From positions 36,349-100,348 of the IMG/VR virus record IMGVR_UViG_3300002498_000005: a stretch of DNA of 64,000 nt. One strand, given 5' to 3'. Shown here piece by piece: positions 48,591 to 59,114 of the stretch. The notes beneath the pieces are model-generated. The model made no database searches. It was not told the origin of the DNA and was given only the letters and a program-made list of their open reading frames with translations. Every line of letters starts with the position of its first letter. Within the stretch, counting starts at the first letter, position 1. Origin of the DNA: a virus. The position numbers and the translations under genes were made by a program.

Positions 48591-50523
48591 TTATATCTTC
48601 TTCCTTAACTCTTTTACGGGTTGTCCAATCTAATCTTCTTGACTTAGACCAGAAATTATATTTACCTCTATAAATACCAGTTGCCGATACTTCAAGACTT
48701 TTCCTAGCTATCATTTTTACATACCCTATTACCCTTGAAAATGTTGCTATATCGTTACTGTGACATTTTGGGCATTCTTTTATATTGGCACCATCTTCAG
48801 CTACTATCATAGTTTTGCAAGACATACAAGAAGTTATAGTAGGAGTTAAAGTTATATAAATAATAGGCTTTTCAAATAATTTTGATAGATACTTAGCAAG
48901 TTGTTTTGGTGGAACTTTGCTTTCAATAAAGTTATGTAGTATGCTACCGCTTGTATAATAACTTTGAAATTCAGCAGAATTTTCTACTTGATTAATAAAG
49001 CTTTCCTCTGAGAATGGAATCATACAACCCGATGTTAAATATACATCTTCACCTTTACCTTGCACAAAAATATTCTTATCATGATTTTTAGCGTATTTTA
49101 AATCATGTCTTGCCAATTTTATTCCTGCATTTTCGGCTGGGGAAGCTTCAATACCGCAAGCCACTTTATCTCTTGCTATAAAACTATCAACTACTTTTCT
49201 CATATGTTGCATTAAATCATGTGCTAGTGTTTTGCCTTCTGGATTATTCAAACCTTCTTTATATCCGATATTGATTAATCCTTCATGCATACCAACAACG
49301 CCGAAAACATTAAAATAGTTTTTAAGATTAGTATTGAACGCAAAAAATGTTGGGTACAAATCTTTATGGCTTTCAATCCATTGTCTTTTTGCCATATGTC
49401 CATCTTCTATTAAATTTAAATAATGTGTAATTTTTTCTTTTAATAAATTAATATCATGCCCATATTCAATAAGCAATCTATTCATATTAATATCAATGAC
49501 TTGAATAGCACCTACGTTGCCTACAGAGGAACCAAATATACCACCAGACGACAATCCTTTGAGCAAAGATAAGTCTATTTGAAGTCTGCAACAAAGGCTT
49601 CTGCTAACTGACGGGTCTCTTGCTTGTAGATATGGGTTTAGTTCTTTATAATGTTGATCTTCAAAAGGTTTTGTTCTAAAGTTTTCAAAATAACATCCGC
49701 CCCAGTTATACATTTTATCAAGCAAGTATAAGAACATTTCATTATCAAAATTAAAGTCGTCATCAATTTGGATTGAAACTAATGGGAAAGTAAATGGTAT
49801 GCCCATACCTGTGCCTTGTGCCATTACATCAATAAAAGCTTTGTTTATTCTATCGAAGTATTGTGTTGGTACTTCATTATATTTATAAGTTTGGATTTCT
49901 CCGCCGACTACTACATATTCGTCTTTAATTTCTTCTGAGGGTTTACCAAATTCTAGCGTACAATTTGAAAAACTACTTTCTGACCCAGATCGAAGTGGCA
50001 TATTGAGTTCCCAAATTAGACTTTGCATTTCTTCTTTTAAATCTCTATCTAACCAAATTTGATTAGCTACCGTCTCTTCGTAATGAAGATAAGACGCTAA
50101 TATAGTGGTCATTTGTGCTAACATAACGGCTCCACTAACTTGTTGTGACATTAACACTACTGTGTTGCTAAAATGTCTGAATAGCTTTTTAAGTCTCTTA
50201 GTTGGCGCTGATGGCACCATATTCCATGCGATAGTGGGGATACCCAACCCTGCTATATCTTTGCACCCTATTGATTGACAATAAGAAGAAAGTTGTTTGT
50301 CGTGGATATAAGTTATCCCCTCTTCGTATGAATCGACCAAGTCTTTAGAAAAAATACTATTCATTAAATATTCTTCTTCGGCTTTGTTTGCTATATTTTT
50401 TCTTAAAAGAGGTAATGAATAAACAAAGTTACTATTTTCTCTTTTAAGATAGTCTGATTTTTTATCGTCATCTTCCCCGATAAATTTGTTGATTAATTCC
50501 CCAGTAGTTTGAAACATTCCCAT
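48574..50523 (-). CDS. nrdD: Class III anaerobic ribonucleotide reductase (no ATP cone)
   Basis: YIHD, SYC, FTFP, SLCCRL, PAEN, CxxC..CxxC, SRVIGY glycyl-radical loop. Confidence 0.92.
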   Translation of the reverse strand: MGMFQTTGELINKFIGEDDDKKSDYLKRENSNFVYSLPLLRKNIANKAEEEYLMNSIFSKDLVDSYEEGITYIHDKQLSSYCQSIGCKDIAGLGIPTIAWNMVPSAPTKRLKKLFRHFSNTVVLMSQQVSGAVMLAQMTTILASYLHYEETVANQIWLDRDLKEEMQSLIWELNMPLRSGSESSFSNCTLEFGKPSEEIKDEYVVVGGEIQTYKYNEVPTQYFDRINKAFIDVMAQGTGMGIPFTFPLVSIQIDDDFNFDNEMFLYLLDKMYNWGGCYFENFRTKPFEDQHYKELNPYLQARDPSVSRSLCCRLQIDLSLLKGLSSGGIFGSSVGNVGAIQVIDINMNRLLIEYGHDINLLKEKITHYLNLIEDGHMAKRQWIESHKDLYPTFFAFNTNLKNYFNVFGVVGMHEGLINIGYKEGLNNPEGKTLAHDLMQHMRKVVDSFIARDKVACGIEASPAENAGIKLARHDLKYAKNHDKNIFVQGKGEDVYLTSGCMIPFSEESFINQVENSAEFQSYYTSGSILHNFIESKVPPKQLAKYLSKLFEKPIIYITLTPTITSCMSCKTMIVAEDGANIKECPKCHSNDIATFSRVIGYVKMIARKSLEVSATGIYRGKYNFWSKSRRLDWTTRKRVKEEDINDVIQ

Positions 50524-50538
50524 AGTTGCATATTCCTT

Positions 50539-50724
50539 TCATTTTGTCAAATTAATTAAGTTAAAAATTCTTAATGTATCGTCAGGAGAATAATAATCTT
50601 TTTCTGAATAATTCTCTTCAAATTCATCTTCTTTGTCTTGTGTGTCATTGTTTTTTTTAGATAATGTCCATACAAAAGCTGATATATTATCTTTTAAATC
50701 CCAAGCCGTTAATTCATCATTCAT
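50539..50724 (-). CDS. Hypothetical protein
   Basis: GAGGTG RBS. Confidence 0.5.
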   Translation of the reverse strand: MNDELTAWDLKDNISAFVWTLSKKNNDTQDKEDEFEENYSEKDYYSPDDTLRIFNLINLTK

Positions 50725-50760
50725 TTGTACACCTCATCAAAATTCTTAATTATTTGGAAT

Positions 50761-53700
50761 TTATTCACGTATGATTGTCCACCCCTTTAATAATATTTCT
50801 TTATCATTATAATCTTGCCACCATCCTTTTGGATTTTCTTCAGACATATGCTCTCCATCCATTTTCCATTTTGCGTCTTCTTTGAATTCTACATTTATGA
50901 TGTCATTAACTTTGAATGGGTTCTTATTATATAATGTTTTTTTTACTTTATATCTGTTGCTATCCCCATTGCATAGGCAATGTAATGATACGACTGGATT
51001 ACTATACTTTGTCTCTATGTCGGTTACAAAGTAGCATGACGGACGCATATTATGGTATAGTGTCTTAATATATCCAAGGTAATCATTTTCAAAAACTGTT
51101 TTTTCTTTTATAGCGTAATCTTCGTTTTTGATGTTTCGGCAAATGTCTCTTATAAGCCCATCTATATTAATTTCTTTAAATGTTTTATCTGTTTCTTGCA
51201 CAGCATATTTTTTAATTAACTCTAAAGGTATCCCTATCTTTGATAGTTGATCTTTATTAATTTGTTTTCTTCCATAGAGATTATTAAAACATTCTATTTG
51301 ATTAATTAACGCCTTAGATTTACCAAACTCACTAAAAAAATCTAGCTTTACTAATATTTCGAGTTGTCTTGAATTTATAGAAGTATTCTTTATATCGCAT
51401 AATAATTCAAAAAAATCATTATATAATTTATCTTTAAATTCATATAATTCATCCGCTATGATATTGTTTAAAAATTTTATACTTCCCAACCCTTTATAAA
51501 TTGTATTAGCCACTTTATCAAAGCTGTAATCTGATTTAGAATTTCTAAATTTGATATTGTCTATTTTTATATCTTTATTATTTGCATATTCAATAATTTT
51601 TGATGTTTTATCGATGTTGTCTTTATTTATGTTTAACATTACCGTTAAGAACTCACCAGTATAATAATATCTTAAATACGCGCATACATAACCTATCATT
51701 GAGTATGGTAAGCTATGATTTAATGAAAACAGATAAGAACTTGCATCTTCTATAACTTTTAAAAATGAATCGATAAGACTTTCTGCCTTTTCTTTGCTTA
51801 CGTCGTATTCCTCTTGCATTGTCTTGATAAATCCGCTTTTGATTAGTGGAATATATTGCTCAGTGCCAGTTTTCTTCGCAAAGCCTCTTCTAACGTTATC
51901 TGCTTGTCCCATTGTAAACCCACAAAATTTATTTAGAAATTCAAGCACAGATTCTTGATAAACAAGATACCCCAATGTTGGTTCAAGGAGTTTATTTAAT
52001 GCCTCATGTCCATTATCATTAAACTCTCCTCTACACATTTTATCTCTATAAGATTCTCCTGCTGGTCTTATAGCACCGTTTCCCATACTAAATAAATCAA
52101 GGTAAGTAATGTTTTTTGATTCACTTTTTATTTTAGATAGTGTTTCTTGGGAAAATAGTTTTTTATAAATACTATGAGCATAATCACCTTCCCATTGGAA
52201 AATTCCTAAACTATTTTCCATAATACTACCCCATACATTTTTATCATTAAAATCTGTATTATCTGGGGTAAGGCGTTCTATGCCAACTAATTCGCATACT
52301 TCATTAATAATTTGAATATTATCTAATCCTAATATATCTAACTTAACAAAGTTTAACGAATCGACGCATTTCATGTCTACTTGACATATGGGGTATTCAC
52401 TTGTGGAGGTAGTAAATGTGCCAAGATATTCATCTATAGGTATGGGGCTTACAACCACACCGCATGGGTGACTACCAACCGATGTAATCATTCCATTTAA
52501 TAAATCAACATACTTAAACAACTCTGGATATTTTATTCTATAAGTATCTTCGTCTGTTTCTATATTGTTACATATATCGTTTACTTCTTCTAATGATATA
52601 TCTAAAGCTCTGGCAACATCTCTAATTGCTCCCTTTGTTGCGATAGTGTTAAATGTAATAATATCAGAACAATATAAACCTTCTTTATTAAATATATAAT
52701 CCTTAACCATATCTCTTTTATCTGGTGGATAGTCAATATCGATATCGCTCAAACTTACCCGTTCGAGATTCATGAACCTTTCAAAGTTCATTTCCCATTT
52801 TATAGAGTCTATATCTGTTATACCTAACAAATATGCACATTCACTACCAGATACCGATCCACGAGAATACCCCTGCCATATATTATTTTTATGGCAAAAA
52901 TTAATTATATCTTCTTGTAGTAACAAATAATCAATAGCACCATTTTTTGCTATACTTTCATACTCGTATTTAATTCTTTGTTTATATCCTTCTTTTTTAG
53001 TTAAACCCTTCTTCTTATAAGCGGAGCTAATTTTATCTTTAAAGATTTTATCACTATTTTCATATAGTTTTGGGTATTTAAAACTTAAGTCAAATTCAAA
53101 AAACTCTACCATTTCGGCGATTTTGTTAGTGCTACTAATTGCTTCGTTAATTTCCTCGTCCGACAAAACGCCTTGGATTTTATATGCAGTAATTAACTCA
53201 TCATATGTTTTAAAAGTTAAATCCCATTCGTCCTCATCTGAAAATGAAATACCCTTAGATTTTTGTAATATATTTCTTGCATCGTAACTTAGTTGATCCA
53301 ATGTATGTGTATCAGTACCACAAATTAAAGGTATTTGATATTGTTTTGCTAGTTTGGTAAGATAAATATTATATACTTTTTGTTCGTTAACATTATGGTG
53401 CTGTACTTCTAAAAAACATCTATGTTTATTTTCCGCTAAAAATTTAATGAACCTATCTTTTAATTCTGTTTGACACTTAAATAAAATGCCAGCTATACAA
53501 GCAGTACATATAATGATATTGTTAGATGTGTTTATTAGTTCATCATAAGTAATGCGCGGGTTATAATAACGATGTCCGTCTTGCTTATTATAGGCTATCG
53601 AAGAAAGTTTATTTAATTCCCTCACACCATCCCAATTTCGTGCAATTAATATACAATGATAATTATCTCGTACCTTTTCCTCTAAGCTCTCGGTAACATA

Positions 53701-53904
53701 AAATTCTTCTCCATGAATATATTTAATTCCTACTTTGTCGCAATATTGTTTCTTTTTAACCCACTGGAATACAGAACCATGTTCACTGAATCCTATCGCG
53801 GTCATACCGAGTTCTTTCGCTTTATCTATATATTTATCAAACTTTGTACCACCATCTATGACTGATAAATCAGAATGTAAATGATAAATTGTGTAATTTT
53901 CCAT
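50761..53904 (-). CDS. dnaE: DNA polymerase III alpha subunit
   Basis: PHP HLHSD, SRGS, FERF, SDIDID, HPCG, KLDILGL, YLVYQE, FSLNHS. Confidence 0.95.
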   Translation of the reverse strand: MENYTIYHLHSDLSVIDGGTKFDKYIDKAKELGMTAIGFSEHGSVFQWVKKKQYCDKVGIKYIHGEEFYVTESLEEKVRDNYHCILIARNWDGVRELNKLSSIAYNKQDGHRYYNPRITYDELINTSNNIIICTACIAGILFKCQTELKDRFIKFLAENKHRCFLEVQHHNVNEQKVYNIYLTKLAKQYQIPLICGTDTHTLDQLSYDARNILQKSKGISFSDEDEWDLTFKTYDELITAYKIQGVLSDEEINEAISSTNKIAEMVEFFEFDLSFKYPKLYENSDKIFKDKISSAYKKKGLTKKEGYKQRIKYEYESIAKNGAIDYLLLQEDIINFCHKNNIWQGYSRGSVSGSECAYLLGITDIDSIKWEMNFERFMNLERVSLSDIDIDYPPDKRDMVKDYIFNKEGLYCSDIITFNTIATKGAIRDVARALDISLEEVNDICNNIETDEDTYRIKYPELFKYVDLLNGMITSVGSHPCGVVVSPIPIDEYLGTFTTSTSEYPICQVDMKCVDSLNFVKLDILGLDNIQIINEVCELVGIERLTPDNTDFNDKNVWGSIMENSLGIFQWEGDYAHSIYKKLFSQETLSKIKSESKNITYLDLFSMGNGAIRPAGESYRDKMCRGEFNDNGHEALNKLLEPTLGYLVYQESVLEFLNKFCGFTMGQADNVRRGFAKKTGTEQYIPLIKSGFIKTMQEEYDVSKEKAESLIDSFLKVIEDASSYLFSLNHSLPYSMIGYVCAYLRYYYTGEFLTVMLNINKDNIDKTSKIIEYANNKDIKIDNIKFRNSKSDYSFDKVANTIYKGLGSIKFLNNIIADELYEFKDKLYNDFFELLCDIKNTSINSRQLEILVKLDFFSEFGKSKALINQIECFNNLYGRKQINKDQLSKIGIPLELIKKYAVQETDKTFKEINIDGLIRDICRNIKNEDYAIKEKTVFENDYLGYIKTLYHNMRPSCYFVTDIETKYSNPVVSLHCLCNGDSNRYKVKKTLYNKNPFKVNDIINVEFKEDAKWKMDGEHMSEENPKGWWQDYNDKEILLKGWTIIRE

Positions 53905-54983
53905 TAAAACAAATCCTCATATTCATCGACTTCTACTCTTTGCTCTTTCGCTACTAAATACTTTCCCAAATACTCACAATCATTACGATGCCCGCAAAGT
54001 GTTTTACAAAAAAACGCTTTAGCATCTTGGTCAGACTGTTTCCCTATTGTAATAATAGGCTCCCAATCAAACTCATCGGTAATCTTATTATTAATCTTTT
54101 GGATAGTATCTTGGATATACTGTTGGGTTTCTTCAATTAATTCATCGGTAACTTCATACCATTTAATACAATCTTCAATAGTATATTTTTGTTTTATTAC
54201 TTCTGGGAAACTATCGATATTATTATCTCTGATAGCATCTTCAATCATAAAATCTACTTCAATATCATCAATTCCATATTCGTGTAAATCTTTAGAAAAT
54301 ATTGATACACATTTAGAAATCCACTCATGTCTACCCAGTTCTCGCGTTTTAAGCTTCCCATTTTTCTGCATATAAGACAATGTAAGATACTTCATCATAA
54401 ACCAGCCAACACGATTAACTTTGTGCCCCATTGCCTCCCTAGCAAGTTTATAAATAATTAACTGTCTGCCAGCTTCTCTTTCTTTTTCGCCAGAAAACAT
54501 ACTAGATGATTTCCAATCTAAAATACATTCTCCATTTTCTTTATCTGTATCGTCGACAGCATCGATATACCCCTGCATATAGACATCTGAAGCAATTTCA
54601 TATAGAAAAAACTGCTCTGTTTTAAACTTATTGTTTAATTTTATAAAATTGATTACAAAATGGTACATAGCAGTAGTCCAATTATTTGCTATTTTCTGAT
54701 CTGGGAATTCTAACCCCATTAATTTACAGTCAGAAATAATACTATCTAATTCTAATTTTAAGTCTACCTGTGTTGCCTTATTATTATATATTTTTTCAAT
54801 AATATCGTGGATTCTATTGCCAGCAACAGAATAGATATTATCAATGCCTTTGTGTCTTGGCTGGCACACATACGATAACCAATATTGATATTCACATTGA
54901 TTAAAAGACTGTAATTTACTATGTGAATAAACTTGTTTGCCTTCTGAAAATAGCTTTTGTAATTCTGGTTGTTGTTGTCTCAC
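53904..54983 (-). CDS. Cas4/AddB-like PD-(D/E)XK exonuclease with Fe-S cysteines
   Basis: SHSKL..C, GYID, DWKSS, QL..Y, CKTLC..C. Confidence 0.85.
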   Translation of the reverse strand: MRQQQPELQKLFSEGKQVYSHSKLQSFNQCEYQYWLSYVCQPRHKGIDNIYSVAGNRIHDIIEKIYNNKATQVDLKLELDSIISDCKLMGLEFPDQKIANNWTTAMYHFVINFIKLNNKFKTEQFFLYEIASDVYMQGYIDAVDDTDKENGECILDWKSSSMFSGEKEREAGRQLIIYKLAREAMGHKVNRVGWFMMKYLTLSYMQKNGKLKTRELGRHEWISKCVSIFSKDLHEYGIDDIEVDFMIEDAIRDNNIDSFPEVIKQKYTIEDCIKWYEVTDELIEETQQYIQDTIQKINNKITDEFDWEPIITIGKQSDQDAKAFFCKTLCGHRNDCEYLGKYLVAKEQRVEVDEYEDLF

Positions 54984-56011
54984 TTGTTAACCCACCTTAT
55001 TTTATTCTGTATCAATGCATTAAAATCGCCAAGTTGTAAATCAGACGGGGATTGTTTCATGCCATTTTTTAAATAATGATTCTCTGCATCATAAATATAC
55101 CCAACTTTATTTTTAACAAATGGTGTATCAACCACCAACTTCAACGCTTGTTCTCTTGCAAATTCTTCTTCTATACCTTCATCATAGGCTAATATAACTG
55201 TACGAACATTTAATGATTTAATAAAAGATTCTTGCGTTAAACTAATGTGACTACCGCCTAACCCTAACCCATAATTAATGCCATAAGACTCTAATTGCAT
55301 TGGAGCTTTTTCAGATTCCAATATTATTACACAATCTTCTTCAACAATATTTGTATAATTCTCACTAAATCCAAAAAGGGTATATGATTTTGAGAATGGG
55401 ATAATGGGCATCCAACGTGATATTTCTTCGGGGACTTTTGTAGAATTATATCTCCCCATAATGCCAATAATTTTACCATTTGTATCACGCCATGCAACCA
55501 CAATGCGATCTGTCTCACGGTCATATCCAATTTTATATTTTTCTTGAACATTGTAATTAATTCCGTCTTTATAAAAAAGCGCACTTGGTTTAATATGATA
55601 GTTGTCTAATATTTTCTCGTCATAAGTTGGAAGTTCAATATAATTAACATCTTGTTCGTTGAATATTTTTTTATAATATCCTCCAAATGGTAATTGGTTT
55701 TGATTCATAAATGTGATATTATCTATATTGAGTATTTCCGAAACAGTCCTTAATGTCTCCCCAAAATTCCATTTATTTCTTTTTTGAATTAGAGTAATTA
55801 AATTACCTTTAATGTTTGTAGAATAACATTTTGAATATAAATTATTTACATTCACACTTACAGATGTCGCGTTGTGCCCATACTCCCTTGCACATCTAAT
55901 TTCATTTTTACTTCTATTTGTAGATATATTATAAAATCCAGTCTTATTTAACAATTCTTCAATTTTATCGTAGTCACCTTGTAAGTATTCATTGAGTTGA
56001 ATTATATTCAT
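54980..56011 (-). CDS. DNA primase (TOPRIM)
   Basis: IIGIMGR, ILESEK, LAYD. Confidence 0.85.
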   Translation of the reverse strand: MNIIQLNEYLQGDYDKIEELLNKTGFYNISTNRSKNEIRCAREYGHNATSVSVNVNNLYSKCYSTNIKGNLITLIQKRNKWNFGETLRTVSEILNIDNITFMNQNQLPFGGYYKKIFNEQDVNYIELPTYDEKILDNYHIKPSALFYKDGINYNVQEKYKIGYDRETDRIVVAWRDTNGKIIGIMGRYNSTKVPEEISRWMPIIPFSKSYTLFGFSENYTNIVEEDCVIILESEKAPMQLESYGINYGLGLGGSHISLTQESFIKSLNVRTVILAYDEGIEEEFAREQALKLVVDTPFVKNKVGYIYDAENHYLKNGMKQSPSDLQLGDFNALIQNKIRWVNK

Positions 56012-56019
56012 AACACATC

Positions 56020-57486
56020 CTACTGATAGTCATGTAGCACTGTACAGTATCCTATCTCTACCCATTTATTCCATGCCCCATTAAATTCATAAAGAATTGT
56101 TTGCCCATCTTGATCATTACGTGTCTTATCCACAAAGCCAATTAAATATTTTTTATTATTGTCTTTTATTATTTTTTTGTATGCTTTTTCAGTTGTCCAT
56201 TTTCCTGTTTTATCATCTTTTGCATAATTGTATGGTTTAACGTCATGTGTCCCTCCATCATATTCATCATCCCACATAGGTCGAAACATAACAATTTCGG
56301 AGAATACTTCTTTAATCTGTTTTGCGTTACTCAAACATGTTGCATCAAGATATCGTTTATTTAATGAGTGTAGAGCTAATTGGTATGTAGGCACTATTGC
56401 TACGTTTTCTTTATTAGCAAGTTGGAATAATTGCTTACTGTCTTCAATTAAATTTTGCCAAACTTGTCCTTCTGATAAATTTTCACCCTTCATTGTATCG
56501 TATAAAAATAATTCAAACCCTTGCCTAGACAATTTTTTAACTACTTTTTTCATCTTAGATGAATTATAATCGTACATTTTTACAAATCTTAATGTATTCT
56601 CATACCTATCATTAATGATGACTTTAGCCTCTTCAATTTTAGCTTTTTGTTCTTCGGAAAATCCACCCTGTTTAAGCTTTTTACGACTTAGGTTGTAATA
56701 TCCGATTTCAAATAACACCATTGACAATAAAAGACGCTTAAATTCATTTGATTTTTGTTCATTTGATATAATACAACATTTGTGCCCATTCTCTATAATG
56801 GGCAATATAAGATTTGCAAATGCCCAAGAGGTTTTACCTATTCCAGAAAATCCAGCAATTAAAAACAAATCACCTTTAGGAATACCCAATGTAATATAAT
56901 TTAATAAATGAGCATTTTTACTATAATTCAATCCCATCTCTGCGCCAGAATCGCATTCTTCTATAAATTTATCATCAATTACAAGTTTTTCGATATCAAT
57001 ATCTGTCGTTCTATCAATTATAAGATGATTAAGCATATACTCATAGTAATCATAAATTTGTTCAGTAGTCATCTTTTTAAATTTTTCGATATCCTGTGAT
57101 ACATTGAAGCCACGCTCATACAAATTTAATAATAAATTAGACTTACATAGAGCATCATAATATGATGGTATGTTATTAATGTCTAATAATAGCTTCATAT
57201 CATGTATGGACTTATATCCCATACGTCGCTCATAGCCATTTTTAAGTACATCTTTATTCGCTACATAAGCACATATACTAATATCGTCGAATTTTTTATA
57301 TCCCTGCCTATGCAATTCTAACCCCAATGCATAATAGAATCGAGCATCTTCAGTCAATAAATCTTTATCACAATTAATTGTATAATCTAAATAATTCTCT
57401 GGGTCTAACCATAAGGCAATTACAAAATTACCTTCGATAATATATCGGTCACTTGTAAGTTCTTTTGGATAAGTATCTAATGTCAT
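56020..57486 (-). CDS. DnaB-like replicative helicase
   Basis: GFSGIGKT, NEQ, YDTMK, QL, DKTR. Confidence 0.9.
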   Translation of the reverse strand: MTLDTYPKELTSDRYIIEGNFVIALWLDPENYLDYTINCDKDLLTEDARFYYALGLELHRQGYKKFDDISICAYVANKDVLKNGYERRMGYKSIHDMKLLLDINNIPSYYDALCKSNLLLNLYERGFNVSQDIEKFKKMTTEQIYDYYEYMLNHLIIDRTTDIDIEKLVIDDKFIEECDSGAEMGLNYSKNAHLLNYITLGIPKGDLFLIAGFSGIGKTSWAFANLILPIIENGHKCCIISNEQKSNEFKRLLLSMVLFEIGYYNLSRKKLKQGGFSEEQKAKIEEAKVIINDRYENTLRFVKMYDYNSSKMKKVVKKLSRQGFELFLYDTMKGENLSEGQVWQNLIEDSKQLFQLANKENVAIVPTYQLALHSLNKRYLDATCLSNAKQIKEVFSEIVMFRPMWDDEYDGGTHDVKPYNYAKDDKTGKWTTEKAYKKIIKDNNKKYLIGFVDKTRNDQDGQTILYEFNGAWNKWVEIGYCTVLHDYQ

Positions 57487-57983
57487 TCAATGTCCCCCAA
57501 AAAATTTGTTAAATCTTTATGTGTTTTAGTGTTAGACGTATTATTATTAATAATATCAACGTCTACCTTTTTCGTATTTTCGACTATTAATTTACGAGAT
57601 TCTTGTTTATCTATGTCATTAATATTATTTTTGATTATTGCAAAAATATATTTTATTTTTCCATATTCATTTCCAAAGTTTTTATTTGATAATGCGTATT
57701 GAATATTTTTATTACAATGATTAAAGGTTTTTAATATAACACCATATGAGTAAGTCTCATGCAATATTTTGACTTCTTTTGAAAGGACTGTGGGGAATTG
57801 CGTCATATTTTTATAGCCCATAATATCGATAAGTTTATCAATTAATATTATCCTACATTTTTTCTCATATACGTATATATCGTATATCTCTTTACTTTTA
57901 TAATATTCTCCATTGTCTGCCCTATAAAAAACATCAGATGTTCCATATTCATTTGTCATTTTGCATTTAACTTTACGTGCCAT
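57483..57983 (-). CDS. YorH-like helicase-associated protein
   Basis: YIFAIIKNNIND motif; upstream of the helicase. Confidence 0.6.
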   Translation of the reverse strand: MARKVKCKMTNEYGTSDVFYRADNGEYYKSKEIYDIYVYEKKCRIILIDKLIDIMGYKNMTQFPTVLSKEVKILHETYSYGVILKTFNHCNKNIQYALSNKNFGNEYGKIKYIFAIIKNNINDIDKQESRKLIVENTKKVDVDIINNNTSNTKTHKDLTNFLGDIE

Positions 57984-57990
57984 AATATAT

Positions 57991-58023
57991 TATGGTAGGG
58001 AGATTATAAAATCTCCCACCATA
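57991..58023 (-). terminator. Intergenic hairpin
   Basis: TATGGT(A)GGGAGATT/AATCTCCCACCATA. Confidence 0.45.
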
Positions 58024-58034
58024 TACCCCCCTTA

Positions 58035-59096
58035 TTATTCGGCGGATTCCTCAACAAAAATATTTTGTAATTCAATTAATTGATCACGAGAAAACGCTTC
58101 ATAATCTTTAAAATTTTGGATGCCATATTCAGATAATTTTATTTTAGCAGTTTCCTTTTGATCTTTAGTGCCAGCCTTAAACGCGCTGGTAACAATTTCG
58201 AGAAGTTCTTGTTTATCGTTCTTTCCATCTACATCAGCAAATTTCTTAGCATCTACCTCTTTTTGCTTAATGTCTTTCATCTTTTTCTTTTCAAATTCAT
58301 TTTCAGAAATTGGCTTTGCAAGAGACGCTTTAATGCCTTCAATAATCGCATCATTATAGTTTTTTGCACCATAGAGTACGTGGGTAGGCATTGTTGAAAA
58401 ACGAGACCCTGCTTCTACAAATCCATCGTCACGGAAATACATGTATCGTTCAGTAGCATCAAGTGATCCGTTTTTTACTATTTTTTCAGATACAATATTA
58501 CAAACAATGTCTGCTTTATATGCAAATGCATTAAAATAATCTTCGGTAAGATTTGAGGAAATTACGTTATAATCTTCACCTTCAAGCTTTTGTTTAATGC
58601 TTTTGATCTTATTGTGTCCGACAAGGAAAAGACCATATTTAGTACGTCTTAAGCGCATAAGTTGATCTTCAATCATTGAAACGACCTTCTTACGTCCTGC
58701 ACCATACCCACCAAAGGCGGCATTAATTGTCTTAACTTGCTTAGTTGGATTTTCAATATTACTCAACCGAATAGTTTCCTTTTCTGCTAAAGAAACCAAT
58801 TCGTCTATTGTATCAATAGAGATAATTTTATATGGGTTCTCTTCTGGATTTTTAACAAGTTCATCAACTAATGCAACGAACTCTTTCCAATTCATCGGAT
58901 TTTCCAACATAATACCATCAAGCCCAGAGAACCCATCTTCATCTCCGATACTAATCAAAAGAAGATTATCTATGTTGCCATATATTTCTTTTGCAATATC
59001 GGCAATAAGTGTACTTTTACCAATTTTTTTTGTACCTATAATTAAGTGTGTAAAATTTTCAAGAGCAACCTTTACATCGTGTCTTTTACCTAACAT
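58035..59096 (-). CDS. Sak4-like AAA ATPase / recombination protein (YorG-like)
   Basis: GTKKIGKS, IDTID, FGGYGAG, AGSRF. Confidence 0.85.
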   Translation of the reverse strand: MLGKRHDVKVALENFTHLIIGTKKIGKSTLIADIAKEIYGNIDNLLLISIGDEDGFSGLDGIMLENPMNWKEFVALVDELVKNPEENPYKIISIDTIDELVSLAEKETIRLSNIENPTKQVKTINAAFGGYGAGRKKVVSMIEDQLMRLRRTKYGLFLVGHNKIKSIKQKLEGEDYNVISSNLTEDYFNAFAYKADIVCNIVSEKIVKNGSLDATERYMYFRDDGFVEAGSRFSTMPTHVLYGAKNYNDAIIEGIKASLAKPISENEFEKKKMKDIKQKEVDAKKFADVDGKNDKQELLEIVTSAFKAGTKDQKETAKIKLSEYGIQNFKDYEAFSRDQLIELQNIFVEESAE

Positions 59097-59114
59097 TATT
59101 TTCCTCCTTTATTA

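Noticed and set aside
9482-57486. Introns, inteins or stop-codon recoding in terL, nrdD, dnaE or helicase
   Set aside because: All are uninterrupted and of normal length in the standard code.
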